Shown here piece by piece: positions 31,189-41,000 of a DNA stretch of 64,000 nt; position 1 is the stretch's first letter; the number at the start of each line of letters is the position of its first letter. A model generated the notes under the pieces. That model searched no databases. It was not told where the DNA came from and worked only from the letters and a program-made list of their open reading frames with translations. The position numbers were made by a program, and so were the translations under genes. The stretch is from contig JBILLK010000004.1 in the NCBI GenBank assembly GCA_044376115.1, positions 64,001 to 128,000 on the forward strand, in the 5' to 3' direction. The stretch comes from Polyangiaceae bacterium. Lineage in GTDB: Bacteria > Myxococcota_A > Polyangia > Polyangiales > Polyangiaceae.

Positions 31189-33378
31189 TTACTTCTTGGG
31201 CTTCGGTGGTTCGACCTCGAGCCCTTGCAGCAGGTCCTCGAGCTCCATCCGTTTGTCGAGCCGCCTGGCTTCGAGTTCCGCGAGCTGGGCCCCGAGCTTG
31301 TTACCCTCGCTGGTGAACTCATCGAGCTGCTTGGTCCACTTTTGCCGTTGGACCGCAGCTTGTTGATTTTTCTCGATCGAACGCAGGTTCTCGCGCAACT
31401 CGTTCGCGCGCTGGTCGAGCTGGTTGCGCTTCTGCGTAAGACCTTCGAGCTGCTCGTCGAGTCGACCAATTTCGCGGCGGCCGTCCACGATCGGCTGCAG
31501 ACGCTTCTTTAGCTCGGGGGTCAATTCGACGTGAAGCATCAGCTTCTCGAGCAGCTCGAGGGCGGGCTTGGACCAGATGCTGAGGGTGGTCCGGCTGGGC
31601 GTCTGCTCGCGGATGGTGAGCGACCCCTCGCGTTGCCCGGGAGCCACCGTCAGCTTGATCAGATAGCCATCAACGAGATCCTCGGTGCCCTCGGGTCGCT
31701 CCGAAAGCTCGTAGTTGAAGCCAGTTTTTGGATGGCGGACCAACAACGTGAAGCCTGTTTCGAGCGTTTGAGCCTTTACGGTGTAGGTGGTCGTGCGGCG
31801 GGCGAACTGCTCGACCTCGAGCACGCCGCGCGAGAGCTTCACCAGCTGCATCGACTCACGGTCGTCCTTGTTGACCGAGCTCACCATCAGCCCCGTCTCG
31901 ACGGCGAATGGCACGGTCGCGCTCGATCCTGCGCCCACCGTTTCAGACAGCCCCTCCCCAACGAAGCTTCCACCAGCGAAGATGCTGATGGGGCCAGGCT
32001 CGAGCACGAACGGCGTCGTGTTTTTGAAGCGCACCACTCGATACGGGTTCGCCTCGTAGCCGAGACCTGCGCCGCCCGGGCGATAGAGGAACGTCTCCTC
32101 ACCCTCGACCTCCGAGTTGACGATCGCAACCATGGTGGAGGTCCCTTCGGGCACGGTGACCTTGCCCTCCAGATCGAAGCGGGTCAGCCCCGAAACGGCG
32201 GAGGCCCGCGCTTGGCTCTGCGTCGAGCGGCGCAAAGACTCGAGGTCCAGCGAAGGGCGATCCTCGAGGTCTTCTGTTTGCATCTCGAGCTTCTTGCGCG
32301 GCTCGGCGCGACGGTTATCACGCGGCTTGGCGTCGGCGACGTCCTTGTCGCCCCAAAACGCCCCCGAGGTGACGACGGGCGCAGCGGCTCCGGCCGGAGC
32401 CATCGGCTCGGCCTCTGCCTCCTCGTACGAAGTTTCACCCATCATCACCGCCGCTTGCCGACGAACCCCGACCTCTGTGAGATCGGAGCGAGCGACGTCG
32501 CGTGGGGTATGAAGGTCGTAGCGGAACGCGATCGGCGCACCGGAGGTGAGGCCGAGCGCAACCTGACTCCAATCTTCACCGCTGGTGTTGTCGACTACGG
32601 CCCAGCCTTGCAACAGCGCCGCGCCCTTGCCCGCTTTGGGTAGCACGACGCGATAGGTCGGCTTCCACATCGGTGCAGCTGCGACGTAGCTCACGAGCAG
32701 GTCGTGGGAGGTCGCTCCTTCGAGCCGGATCGAAACCTGCACCTGCTGGAACATGCCTTCCCCGGCGCTCGCATCCAGCGTGCGACCAAACTGCAACGCG
32801 AGATCGCCGTCGCTGAAACGCACGCCCTTGACGCGAGAGAGCCGCGTGACACGCAGCGCGTCCCCTTCGAGTAGCGTGATGCGGTGATCGCGCGTCGGCA
32901 TCGGTATCGGACGCATTCCGATGAACTCCGAGGGCGCGTCCTCCAAGGGCTCGACCATCACGATGCGGCCCGCGATGGTGCCCTCGGTGGTGCTGAGCGC
33001 CACCTCGGTACCGCGTAGCGCATCCAGCACTTCGGCGAGGTTGCCGCGACCAGGCTGCAACGTTGCGAGCGCCGCGTTGGCCCACGATTGCGGGTCGAGC
33101 GGCATCGACACGCTGACCGCACGGCCGGACTTTCGCTCGACCACCGTCAGACTCTTGAGCAGATCGTTGATCTGATCTTTGCGCACCTTGAGCGTTAGAA
33201 CGTTCCCCTCGATCGTCCCTCCGCGCTCGAAGTAGCCGATGCCATTACGGTAGAGCACCACCCGCTCGAGCTCGAGCGGCGACTCGGCGGAGGGAAAGCG
33301 CGAGCGACTGTCCGGGCTGCAGCCGCTGCCCGCCAGAACCACAAGCAAGAGCGAGGACCAGCGAGAGAGGCGCATCAT
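31189..33378 (-). CDS. DUF4139-family lipoprotein
   Basis: Lipobox GSGC; VVLYRNGIGYF, WKPTYR, WAVVDNTSGEDW; C-terminal coiled coil. Confidence 0.8.
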   Translation of the reverse strand: MMRLSRWSSLLLVVLAGSGCSPDSRSRFPSAESPLELERVVLYRNGIGYFERGGTIEGNVLTLKVRKDQINDLLKSLTVVERKSGRAVSVSMPLDPQSWANAALATLQPGRGNLAEVLDALRGTEVALSTTEGTIAGRIVMVEPLEDAPSEFIGMRPIPMPTRDHRITLLEGDALRVTRLSRVKGVRFSDGDLALQFGRTLDASAGEGMFQQVQVSIRLEGATSHDLLVSYVAAAPMWKPTYRVVLPKAGKGAALLQGWAVVDNTSGEDWSQVALGLTSGAPIAFRYDLHTPRDVARSDLTEVGVRRQAAVMMGETSYEEAEAEPMAPAGAAAPVVTSGAFWGDKDVADAKPRDNRRAEPRKKLEMQTEDLEDRPSLDLESLRRSTQSQARASAVSGLTRFDLEGKVTVPEGTSTMVAIVNSEVEGEETFLYRPGGAGLGYEANPYRVVRFKNTTPFVLEPGPISIFAGGSFVGEGLSETVGAGSSATVPFAVETGLMVSSVNKDDRESMQLVKLSRGVLEVEQFARRTTTYTVKAQTLETGFTLLVRHPKTGFNYELSERPEGTEDLVDGYLIKLTVAPGQREGSLTIREQTPSRTTLSIWSKPALELLEKLMLHVELTPELKKRLQPIVDGRREIGRLDEQLEGLTQKRNQLDQRANELRENLRSIEKNQQAAVQRQKWTKQLDEFTSEGNKLGAQLAELEARRLDKRMELEDLLQGLEVEPPKPKK

Positions 33379-33427
33379 CGCGCGATCGTGCTCGCAACGC
33401 GCCGAGAAGCCTAATTTCCAGCCGAAC

Positions 33428-35788
33428 TCAGAAGGCTCGCTTGGCGTCGCTCGGACAGTTGGGGTGCTTGAGCAGCGCGTTGCGCAGATGAATCTGCCGT
33501 TTCACGAGCGGCTGACGCAAAAAATGAGTGATGACCGAGGGGGGCGTGGCTGCAAAGCGCGTGAAGTTTTGCACGATCGCCACCGACATGATCTGGCGGG
33601 CACAGATCAACGCGGCCGTCTTGCTGTCGATCGATAGACCCGAAAGCGAGCCCAACGCCCTGCCCTCGGTCTTCCAGATGATCTCCATGCGGTCATCCGA
33701 ATCGGTGGTCGCAAACTTGTTGCGCAGGAGGTTGCGCGCGCTCGAACGCGTGCGCTCGCCGGCCTCGCGATCGAGCGACACTTTGTAGATCTCGATCAGC
33801 CGCTTGGGCAGCAGGATGCGGCGCAACAAGCCTTCACTCACCATCGGATTGCGCAGCACACGGCGCTGAACCTGCGGATCCTTGAAGAACTCACCGCGCT
33901 GCGCGAGCACATCCAACCCAGCCGCAGTTCGGTGGTGGAAGGCGGCAAAACGCGCGTGCTCATTGCTCACGTTGATGTTGTCCCAAAGCGCGCGGAAGAC
34001 GTCCGGCTCCTTGTCGTAGACCAACGCGAACAGATCGATGCCGTGGCCCAACGAGGCGATTCGCGCTCGCTCGTCGATCGTCAGCACGGAAAGCACCCGC
34101 TCGAAGTGCGCAAGGTAGTTGGTGGCGGCGGCCTTTTCGTCCGGTGCGCTCTCTTCCGGCGGGTCGGCGTCGTCTTCTGCAGGAGGCGGAACCGAAGAGG
34201 CCGGGCCTGTATCGACTTCCAACGCAGCACGGGCGTCGAGCGGCCGGGACGCTGGCTCGCCGCGACGACTCTCGACAGGACCGGCGCCGTCGTCCACGTA
34301 CGTGGCGTCCTCGGCTCCAGAGACCTGGCTCAACTCGTTCAGATCCATCTCGAGCAGCGTGGGGTGGCTCTCGAAATCAAAGCTGCGATTGCTGGGGGGC
34401 GGCTCAGCGGGTGCAGTGGGAAGTGGCTGCAAGAACGGTGGCATCTCCATGTCCACCAAGGTCGCGTGCTCCTCACGACGCTGCTCCTGATGACGCTGCT
34501 CCTCACGCTGCGACTCCCCCTCGGGCTCATCGTCGAGAACTCCGCGCTTGCGGAGATTCGCGACCACGTGACTGACCCGAAACTCCGTGAGGCCGGTGCG
34601 ATCGGCAAGAACGTCTAGTTTGACGGTAGGATCATAGTTGAGGAGAACCATCGTCTCCTCGCCGCTCAGCGCGATCCGCTCTTCCGAGCGCAGCGAGCGC
34701 TCTTCCTGCGGGGCTTGCAGCACCGGAGCCGGCTTCGGCGGTGGTGGGGCCGGCGGCGGTGGTGGGGCCGGCGGCGGTGGTGGGGCCGATGGGGGCGGCG
34801 GTTCCGATGACTGCAGCGGGGAGACGATGCTCTCCGGCGGCGGCGCCCAATCCGCTCGTTGGGTGACCCACGAGAACATCGACGCCACTGAACTTTTTGG
34901 CTGCGCAGGCGGCTCGGGCGCCGGCGTTTGCGGTTGCGTCGGGATACCGGGTACGGGCAGGGCGAAACCGCCGGAGGGCGGAAAACCGGCCGGATTGTCG
35001 AGCGGAAGCCGCGCGGTGGTAGCGAGGCTTACGGGTGCGGGCCGGGAAAAGGGGGACGAATCTCCAGGCCTGCTCCAACCGGCCTTGGGGACTTTGCGCG
35101 AGGGTACCGCCCCGCGATCAGCTGGGAGAAACGGCTCTTGTTGTGCAGCGGCGGCCGGCGGAGGAGCCAGCGGAGTACGAAGCTCGGGCGTGGGCATCGG
35201 TAGCCCACGGGGCCGAGCCGGCGGTTGGGTTGGCCCTTGATTCAGCGCAGCGATCTCAGCATCCAAGCCGCGCTCCGGGGGCAGCGTTGGGGCGCTCTCA
35301 AAATCCCAAGGAGCGGGTGTGGCCTCATCCGCGTGCAGCGCGAGCGGCGGAGCCACGGGCCGCGCGGCTTGAGCTGCGGGCCGCGCCACCGGAGCTGCAG
35401 GCTGAGCAGGAAAAGCAGGCTGAACCGCGGGCCGCGCAGCCTGAGCTACGGGCTGCGCGGGCTCGGGGGCGGGAGCAGAAGAAGGCCTCCGCGACGCCGG
35501 CTCGACGATCGGCGCTGAACGGTCGTCATTACCGCGCGCTGAAGTGCCACGCCGAAGCGCCTGTGCCTGCGCTCGTTCGAGCGCTGAACTCTCGATTTTG
35601 ACGGTGTCTCGGCGAGGCGACTGCGGATGATTCAGCACCGGACGCCGAGCGCGTTTGGTGGTCGTCCCGGCGTAGATCCTGCGGCCCAGCGTCTCCGGGC
35701 TGACGATCACCTCGATGTTGTCCCGCTCGGGACTGTCACCAAGCCGAACGACCTCCAATAGGTCACGCGCGGACAATAGCTTGGTCAT
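33428..35788 (-). CDS. Hypothetical protein: Pro-rich disordered region, wHTH-like segment, C-terminal helical repeat domain
   Basis: 786-aa ORF; LDVLADRTGLTEFRVSHVVANLRKRGVL; recurring (RN/H)P helical units. Confidence 0.75.
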   Translation of the reverse strand: MTKLLSARDLLEVVRLGDSPERDNIEVIVSPETLGRRIYAGTTTKRARRPVLNHPQSPRRDTVKIESSALERAQAQALRRGTSARGNDDRSAPIVEPASRRPSSAPAPEPAQPVAQAARPAVQPAFPAQPAAPVARPAAQAARPVAPPLALHADEATPAPWDFESAPTLPPERGLDAEIAALNQGPTQPPARPRGLPMPTPELRTPLAPPPAAAAQQEPFLPADRGAVPSRKVPKAGWSRPGDSSPFSRPAPVSLATTARLPLDNPAGFPPSGGFALPVPGIPTQPQTPAPEPPAQPKSSVASMFSWVTQRADWAPPPESIVSPLQSSEPPPPSAPPPPPAPPPPPAPPPPKPAPVLQAPQEERSLRSEERIALSGEETMVLLNYDPTVKLDVLADRTGLTEFRVSHVVANLRKRGVLDDEPEGESQREEQRHQEQRREEHATLVDMEMPPFLQPLPTAPAEPPPSNRSFDFESHPTLLEMDLNELSQVSGAEDATYVDDGAGPVESRRGEPASRPLDARAALEVDTGPASSVPPPAEDDADPPEESAPDEKAAATNYLAHFERVLSVLTIDERARIASLGHGIDLFALVYDKEPDVFRALWDNINVSNEHARFAAFHHRTAAGLDVLAQRGEFFKDPQVQRRVLRNPMVSEGLLRRILLPKRLIEIYKVSLDREAGERTRSSARNLLRNKFATTDSDDRMEIIWKTEGRALGSLSGLSIDSKTAALICARQIMSVAIVQNFTRFAATPPSVITHFLRQPLVKRQIHLRNALLKHPNCPSDAKRAF

Positions 35789-35895
35789 CGCTTGGCCTGC
35801 CGGGCGCGCATCCGCGGGAGGATACTAAATCCGCAGGCCGATTCACACGGCTTTACAGAGTTTTCCGCGTCTTCGCGAGCAGGCCCTGGTTTCAC

Positions 35896-36546
35896 TCAGT
35901 TGCCCGAACCACTGATCAGGCTCTTGAGCCTGGCCTCAACCTCGGGCTGACCTGGCAAGACCGCGTTGTCGGTGAGGTTTTTGAGCAACTCGTCGCACTT
36001 CGCGAACTCGGTGATGGTGACAGAACTCTCGGGCGGCTCACGGAATGGTACCGACTTGCTCTTGAAGTCCATGCTGCCAGCGAGCGAGAACAGCTCGAGG
36101 CTGCTGGCTCCAGGTGGGCCCACCACCACGGCGACCGCGCACGCCTTGTCCTTGACCGTTACCACGGCGCCGAGGCTCGGCCCCTGGCACCCGTTCGGCC
36201 GTGGACATACCCTCTCCGGCGCTGGGCGTTTCTCAACGGCTTTAGCCCCCGCACCCTGGGCGATCGACGCCAGCCGCGACTGCACGAGCTCGGCCAATTC
36301 GAGCACTTCCTTCGTTTCATTCTTCGGCACGATGCGTGGCCAAAGCACGACCACTGCATCCGGATTGCCAACGCCCCGGCTGATCTCTGGGGCGTCCTCG
36401 GCATGGTCGTAGTGCACCGCAGCCCCCGGCGGCCTCTTTTGCTCGGGCTGTTCCTCCGGGAGCGGTTTGCGTCGCACGGTCGAGACCGCACACCCAGCGA
36501 GTAGGAAGAGGCCACCCAAGGCAACGCGGCTGGGAAGAGAAAGCAT
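35896..36546 (-). CDS. Hypothetical lipoprotein
   Basis: Lipobox LAGC; ATG 36546 preceded by TATGGT. Confidence 0.75.
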   Translation of the reverse strand: MLSLPSRVALGGLFLLAGCAVSTVRRKPLPEEQPEQKRPPGAAVHYDHAEDAPEISRGVGNPDAVVVLWPRIVPKNETKEVLELAELVQSRLASIAQGAGAKAVEKRPAPERVCPRPNGCQGPSLGAVVTVKDKACAVAVVVGPPGASSLELFSLAGSMDFKSKSVPFREPPESSVTITEFAKCDELLKNLTDNAVLPGQPEVEARLKSLISGSGN

Positions 36547-36615
36547 TACGCCGCACCATACACCAGCCGGCAACCAAGCCGAAACTCCGCGCCAAGGGTC
36601 TGCTATGGCTAGGGG

Positions 36616-37305
36616 GTGGGACGGATCTCTCTGCCTATCGCGTTGGTTTTGGCTTCAATTGGCTGTTCGAGCGTTACCGACGGTTCGGGGGGCGCGGGCG
36701 GCAGCGGTGCGGGCGGTAGCGGCGGCGCCGAGCCGGAACCTGTAAAGACGGTGCTCTACCCCGAGGTCGAGCCGCTGCCCGGCTTCGATCAATGCGAGGT
36801 GACGATCTGGGAGCACCTTCCGTTCGAGGGCCACACCCACGTACCAATCTGCACCGACGTCGAGTACCAAACCGATCCGCCGTCGAGCGGGAATCATTGG
36901 CCCATTTGGGCCGAGTACCGCGCTCACGCTGAGCCTGTGCCGCGCATGATGTTGGTGCACAACCTCGAGCACGGCGCGGTTGTCATGGCGCACAACTGCG
37001 ACGAGGCATGCGCGAGCCAAGCCATGGCGGCCTTCGAGTCGGTGGCCGACACCTTTGGCGCCGACGCCTTGTGCGCGACCAGCCCGGCCGGCGCGATTCG
37101 CTCGCGGATCATCATGACGCCCCAACCATCGTTACAGCTGCCCATCGCTCTTTCGGCCTGGCGCTCGACCTACACGGCGACCTGCATCGACGAAGCCAGC
37201 CTGCTCGCATTCGTCGAGCAACACTACGGTAACGGCCCCGAGGCGACCTGCGCTCAGGGCAAAGATCCGCTCGACCCGACCGTCGGCGTTACGGCCTGTC
37301 CGTGA
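36616..37305 (+). CDS. DUF3105-family lipoprotein
   Basis: Lipobox SIGC; Y..DPPSSGNH, VHNLEHGAV, ALSAW, GPE motifs. Confidence 0.85.
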   Translation: MGRISLPIALVLASIGCSSVTDGSGGAGGSGAGGSGGAEPEPVKTVLYPEVEPLPGFDQCEVTIWEHLPFEGHTHVPICTDVEYQTDPPSSGNHWPIWAEYRAHAEPVPRMMLVHNLEHGAVVMAHNCDEACASQAMAAFESVADTFGADALCATSPAGAIRSRIIMTPQPSLQLPIALSAWRSTYTATCIDEASLLAFVEQHYGNGPEATCAQGKDPLDPTVGVTACP

Positions 37306-37996
37306 GCGACGCTATTGCGGCGGCAAACAAGTAGCCGGGCGCCGCAGCGTCGGTCATCCACCAGGCGCTCACCGTGAGCGGCGGGTGCGGCTCGCGTAGC
37401 TGCAGCCGCGGCGACAGCGGGCTTCGCGCCGGCAGACCGATCGGGGTCAAGAGCTCGACTTCGCGAAAGGCCACATAGCGACCTACGAACGGATCGATCG
37501 CCTTGTAGATGGCCTCCTTGATCGAGAACACCGTCCGCACGCAGCGATCACGTTCGCTCGCAGCGAGCAGGCTCAGCTGCTTGAGTTCGTCGTCGGTGAG
37601 GATCTTCCGCGCGATGTCGATCTTGGCGGGCACATCGAGCTCGACGTCGACCCCAACCGCACTCCCCGCGCAGGCGTCGGCGACGAGCGCGACCGCGAGC
37701 TGCTCCTTGTGCGAAATCGACACGCGTGCGCATTCACCGACGTCGGGCGCACCTCGCTTGGTCGAGAGGATCGGCCCAGCAAACTCCACTCCGTGCGCAG
37801 CCAACGCGGCGCGGAGCGCGCTGCGTCCACCCAGCCACGTTTTGCGTCGCAGCGGGCCAAAGCTCGCGAGCTGCGCTTGCTCCTGGGGGTGGATCGCGGC
37901 CTCGAGTTCCTCAGGCTCATCGACGAGCGGCAGCACGGCGAGCGTTGCGTCAGCCATCCGAAAAACCTTCACCGCGGGCGCGCCGGCGAACCTCAT
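37289..37996 (-). CDS. 4'-phosphopantetheinyl transferase (EntD/Sfp type)
   Basis: GR.A.R.AL, SISHK, VGVDVE, FSIKEAIYKA; ATG 37996 after GAGG. Confidence 0.88.
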   Translation of the reverse strand: MRFAGAPAVKVFRMADATLAVLPLVDEPEELEAAIHPQEQAQLASFGPLRRKTWLGGRSALRAALAAHGVEFAGPILSTKRGAPDVGECARVSISHKEQLAVALVADACAGSAVGVDVELDVPAKIDIARKILTDDELKQLSLLAASERDRCVRTVFSIKEAIYKAIDPFVGRYVAFREVELLTPIGLPARSPLSPRLQLREPHPPLTVSAWWMTDAAAPGYLFAAAIASLTDRP

Positions 37997-38007
37997 CAAG
38001 GCCTCAC

Positions 38008-41000
38008 TCAGCGACCCGCACGCGGTTTCTTTTTCGCGCTTGGTTTCGGCTGCGGCGTTGGCTTTGCCGACTTCTCCTCGGAGGCTTCTTCCTCGGCTTT
38101 CCGTGCAGCGATCAGTTCGGTTGCACGTGCCAAGTCCACATTTCCCGGGATCTGTTGACGCAACGTCGCGAGCAGCGCCTCGGCGCGAGGATCGTTGGTT
38201 TCTGCGAGCGCGAGCGCTGCCACGACGGAGACCAACCAAGGTGCGTCGGCGGCTGGCAGCGGCAGTTGTGCGACCTTCTCCGTCGCGCGCTCGACTTCAC
38301 CCATTTTTGCTTGCACCAAGACAGCAGCAAAGCTCGCCGAGGGGCCAGCACGCACGTCGGAGAGCGAGAGCGCATGGGCGCGATTCTCTTTGGTTGCTAC
38401 ACCGAGAAGAATGCGCTCGAGCTGCGTCACCCAGCCTGCGGTTGCGGCGCCGAGAGCCTTCTCCGACTCGCGATTGGCGCCCTCGGCCCGAAGCAAACGG
38501 CCAGCGCGCTGGGCACGAGCCGCGTGCTCTGAAGCGTCGGGCCACTTTGCCACGACCGCGCGCGCCTCCTTGAGCGAACCGACGAGCAACAAGCGATCGA
38601 CCAGGACGAGCTCTGCGAAACGCGGATCGCGCTCTTTGATCTTGTCGAGTTCCTCGCTCGTGACCAACTGCGGCCCAGCGAGCGCGCGACGCAACGTTGT
38701 CGCGAAGGATCCATCCGTACTCTGTGCCAAAGTAGACAGTGCGCTCAGATCACCCGTTTCGTAGGCGATCAGCGTGTGGAGCTCGGTAGCCGCGGTCGGC
38801 GACATACCCTTTGCGCTCACCGCCAGCTCCTCGAAACGACCGGTGCGCAAGGCGTCCTGTGTGAGCAAGCGCAGCGCTGGTGAGTAGGTTGGGGCCAATG
38901 CGAGCGCTCGAGCTGCGCCCAGCGCGGTCGCAGCCTCATCCCCACGCAAAGCCGCTACTTCACCAAAGAAGACCGCCAGCTGCGGACTCTCCGCCTCGAG
39001 CACGGCTTGCTTGAGGGCTGGGTCCGTAGGACCTCCCCTACCCTCGCCCGGCTTCTGAAGCACCGCGACGGCGCCGAACACCGGATGGAGACAGCGCGAA
39101 ACGTCGGCGCTGGTCATGTTCAACAACGGCCCTTCGCCCTTCTCGTCGCGATGCACCTTGCGCTGGGCCCACGCGAGCGCCTCGAGCGCGGCCAGCGACC
39201 CCGGATCAAAACGGCTCTCCTTCTTCGCGAGTTCGAACGGCGCCGTATCTCCTGCCAGGAGCGAGATGCGGATCAGTCGCAGGCGTGCCGGTCCGAACGC
39301 AGGCGTCAGCGCAACCGCGCTGGCGAAAGCCTCGAGCGCCTCCGACTTGCCCTGTCGTTCGAGCATGATGCCTTTCGTCCAAAGGCAGAGCGTGTCTTTC
39401 GCGCAGCCGCTGCTCTGATCTGCACGCTCGGCAGCCTGGACGAGGTCCCCACTCAGCACCGCCTCGGCGATCTCGGCGTAGGCGACCTCCTCCGCGCTGA
39501 GACCGTGAGCACGAGCGCCATCGATCGCCGCGCGCAACCCGTTGTCGCTGCCTCGCACCTCGAACGCCGTGAGCACGCGGTGCTGCAAACGAGCGTCGAC
39601 AACGGCTTTGGTTGCGTTGCCTTCGATCTTTGCGAGTTCCACATCTGCCACTGAAAGGGAGGCTGGAGACGCTTGTCGAAGCGCTTCGACGATCGGCGTT
39701 GGCAGGCTGCTCTCGGCTGAGCCGCTCTCTTTTTCGTTGGGCCCGGAGAGCAGCAAGTAGCTCGCATAAGCAACAAGGCCAAGCACGGCGAGGACCGCGA
39801 TCCCCAGCGCTGCGTAGAGCTTGTACGGCCGCGCCGTCGGCTCACTCAGGCCCGCCGACGGCTCGAAGCCCATTGGTCCGGAGAAGGGCCTCGCGGGCGC
39901 GGCGGGCACGGCGATCTCGGCGGGCGGTGGTGGAGGGGTGGGTCGCGCTTGGTTTTCAAACCCGAGCGGCGCCAGCACCATTGGGTCGGGTACGTCCTCG
40001 GGACGGAGCGGGCGAACCGTTGCCGGCCGAACGGGCGGCGCACCAAACGTCGGTACCGCGGCGGGCGGCGGCGAGAACAGCGGCTCTTCTACCGCGCCGC
40101 CGCCAAGCATGACCCCACGGGCCAGCACCGGGTTGCTCGGCATGTACTGTTGCGGCGCGAGCGACGGACTCGGAAACGCTGGCGGGTTGGGCGGTGGCGC
40201 GAGGGACTGCGCGTCGCGTTGCCGAGACAGCGCATGCGGCGGACGAGGGTCCGCGGTCGTCGCTGCGCGCAGCGCCTCCACGGCGTTCAGAATCTTGGTG
40301 CGCGGTACGTCCCCATCGTCCACGTCGAGGCCAGGCGGTGTGGGCGGGAAACTCGCGGGCGGCGTGACCTGCATCGCCAGCGTACCGCCTTTTGAAACGG
40401 GCGGTGCGGATTGCGGGCCTTGCATCGCTGCCCCTAGCACCGGACGGGGCAGCACGCTCGGAGCCGGAACGCCGTTGCGCGCCTGAGGAGGCACGGCCAT
40501 CGGCGGTGGCAGCGAAGGCGGCTGAAAGGCTACTGGATCTTTGAGGCCGGTAACCGCGCCCTCTTCGTCGTCTTCCTCGATCAGATCGTGAGGCGAGACG
40601 ATGAGCGACGACGACTCTTCATCGACTGGGCGCGGTGCCGAGGTCGGCGGAGTCCACAGGTTGGTGATGGCCCCCGACAAGGTCGAAGGCTCCGCCAAAT
40701 CGAGCGGTTCTCGTTTGGGACTGGGCCGCGGATCAGGCGCCTTGCGCTCGGGTACCGCGACCTTGTGTGGGTCACGCACCTGAGTCGTCGTGACCGTCTC
40801 GGGATCGCTCGGGGGTGGGGGCGGCGGCAGCAGCGGCTTGCTCGGCCCCGGCGCAGCTGCCGCTGAAATGAGCTGCTCGGGCGTGTCTGCGACGCGGGTT
40901 GGGACCTCGGTCGGGTTCTCCTCGAGCGCCGGCATTGGGCGCAGCGGCCGTCGCTCGGCCACCGGCTTGCGGGCGGCCACCTTCGGCTCGCTGCGAACGT

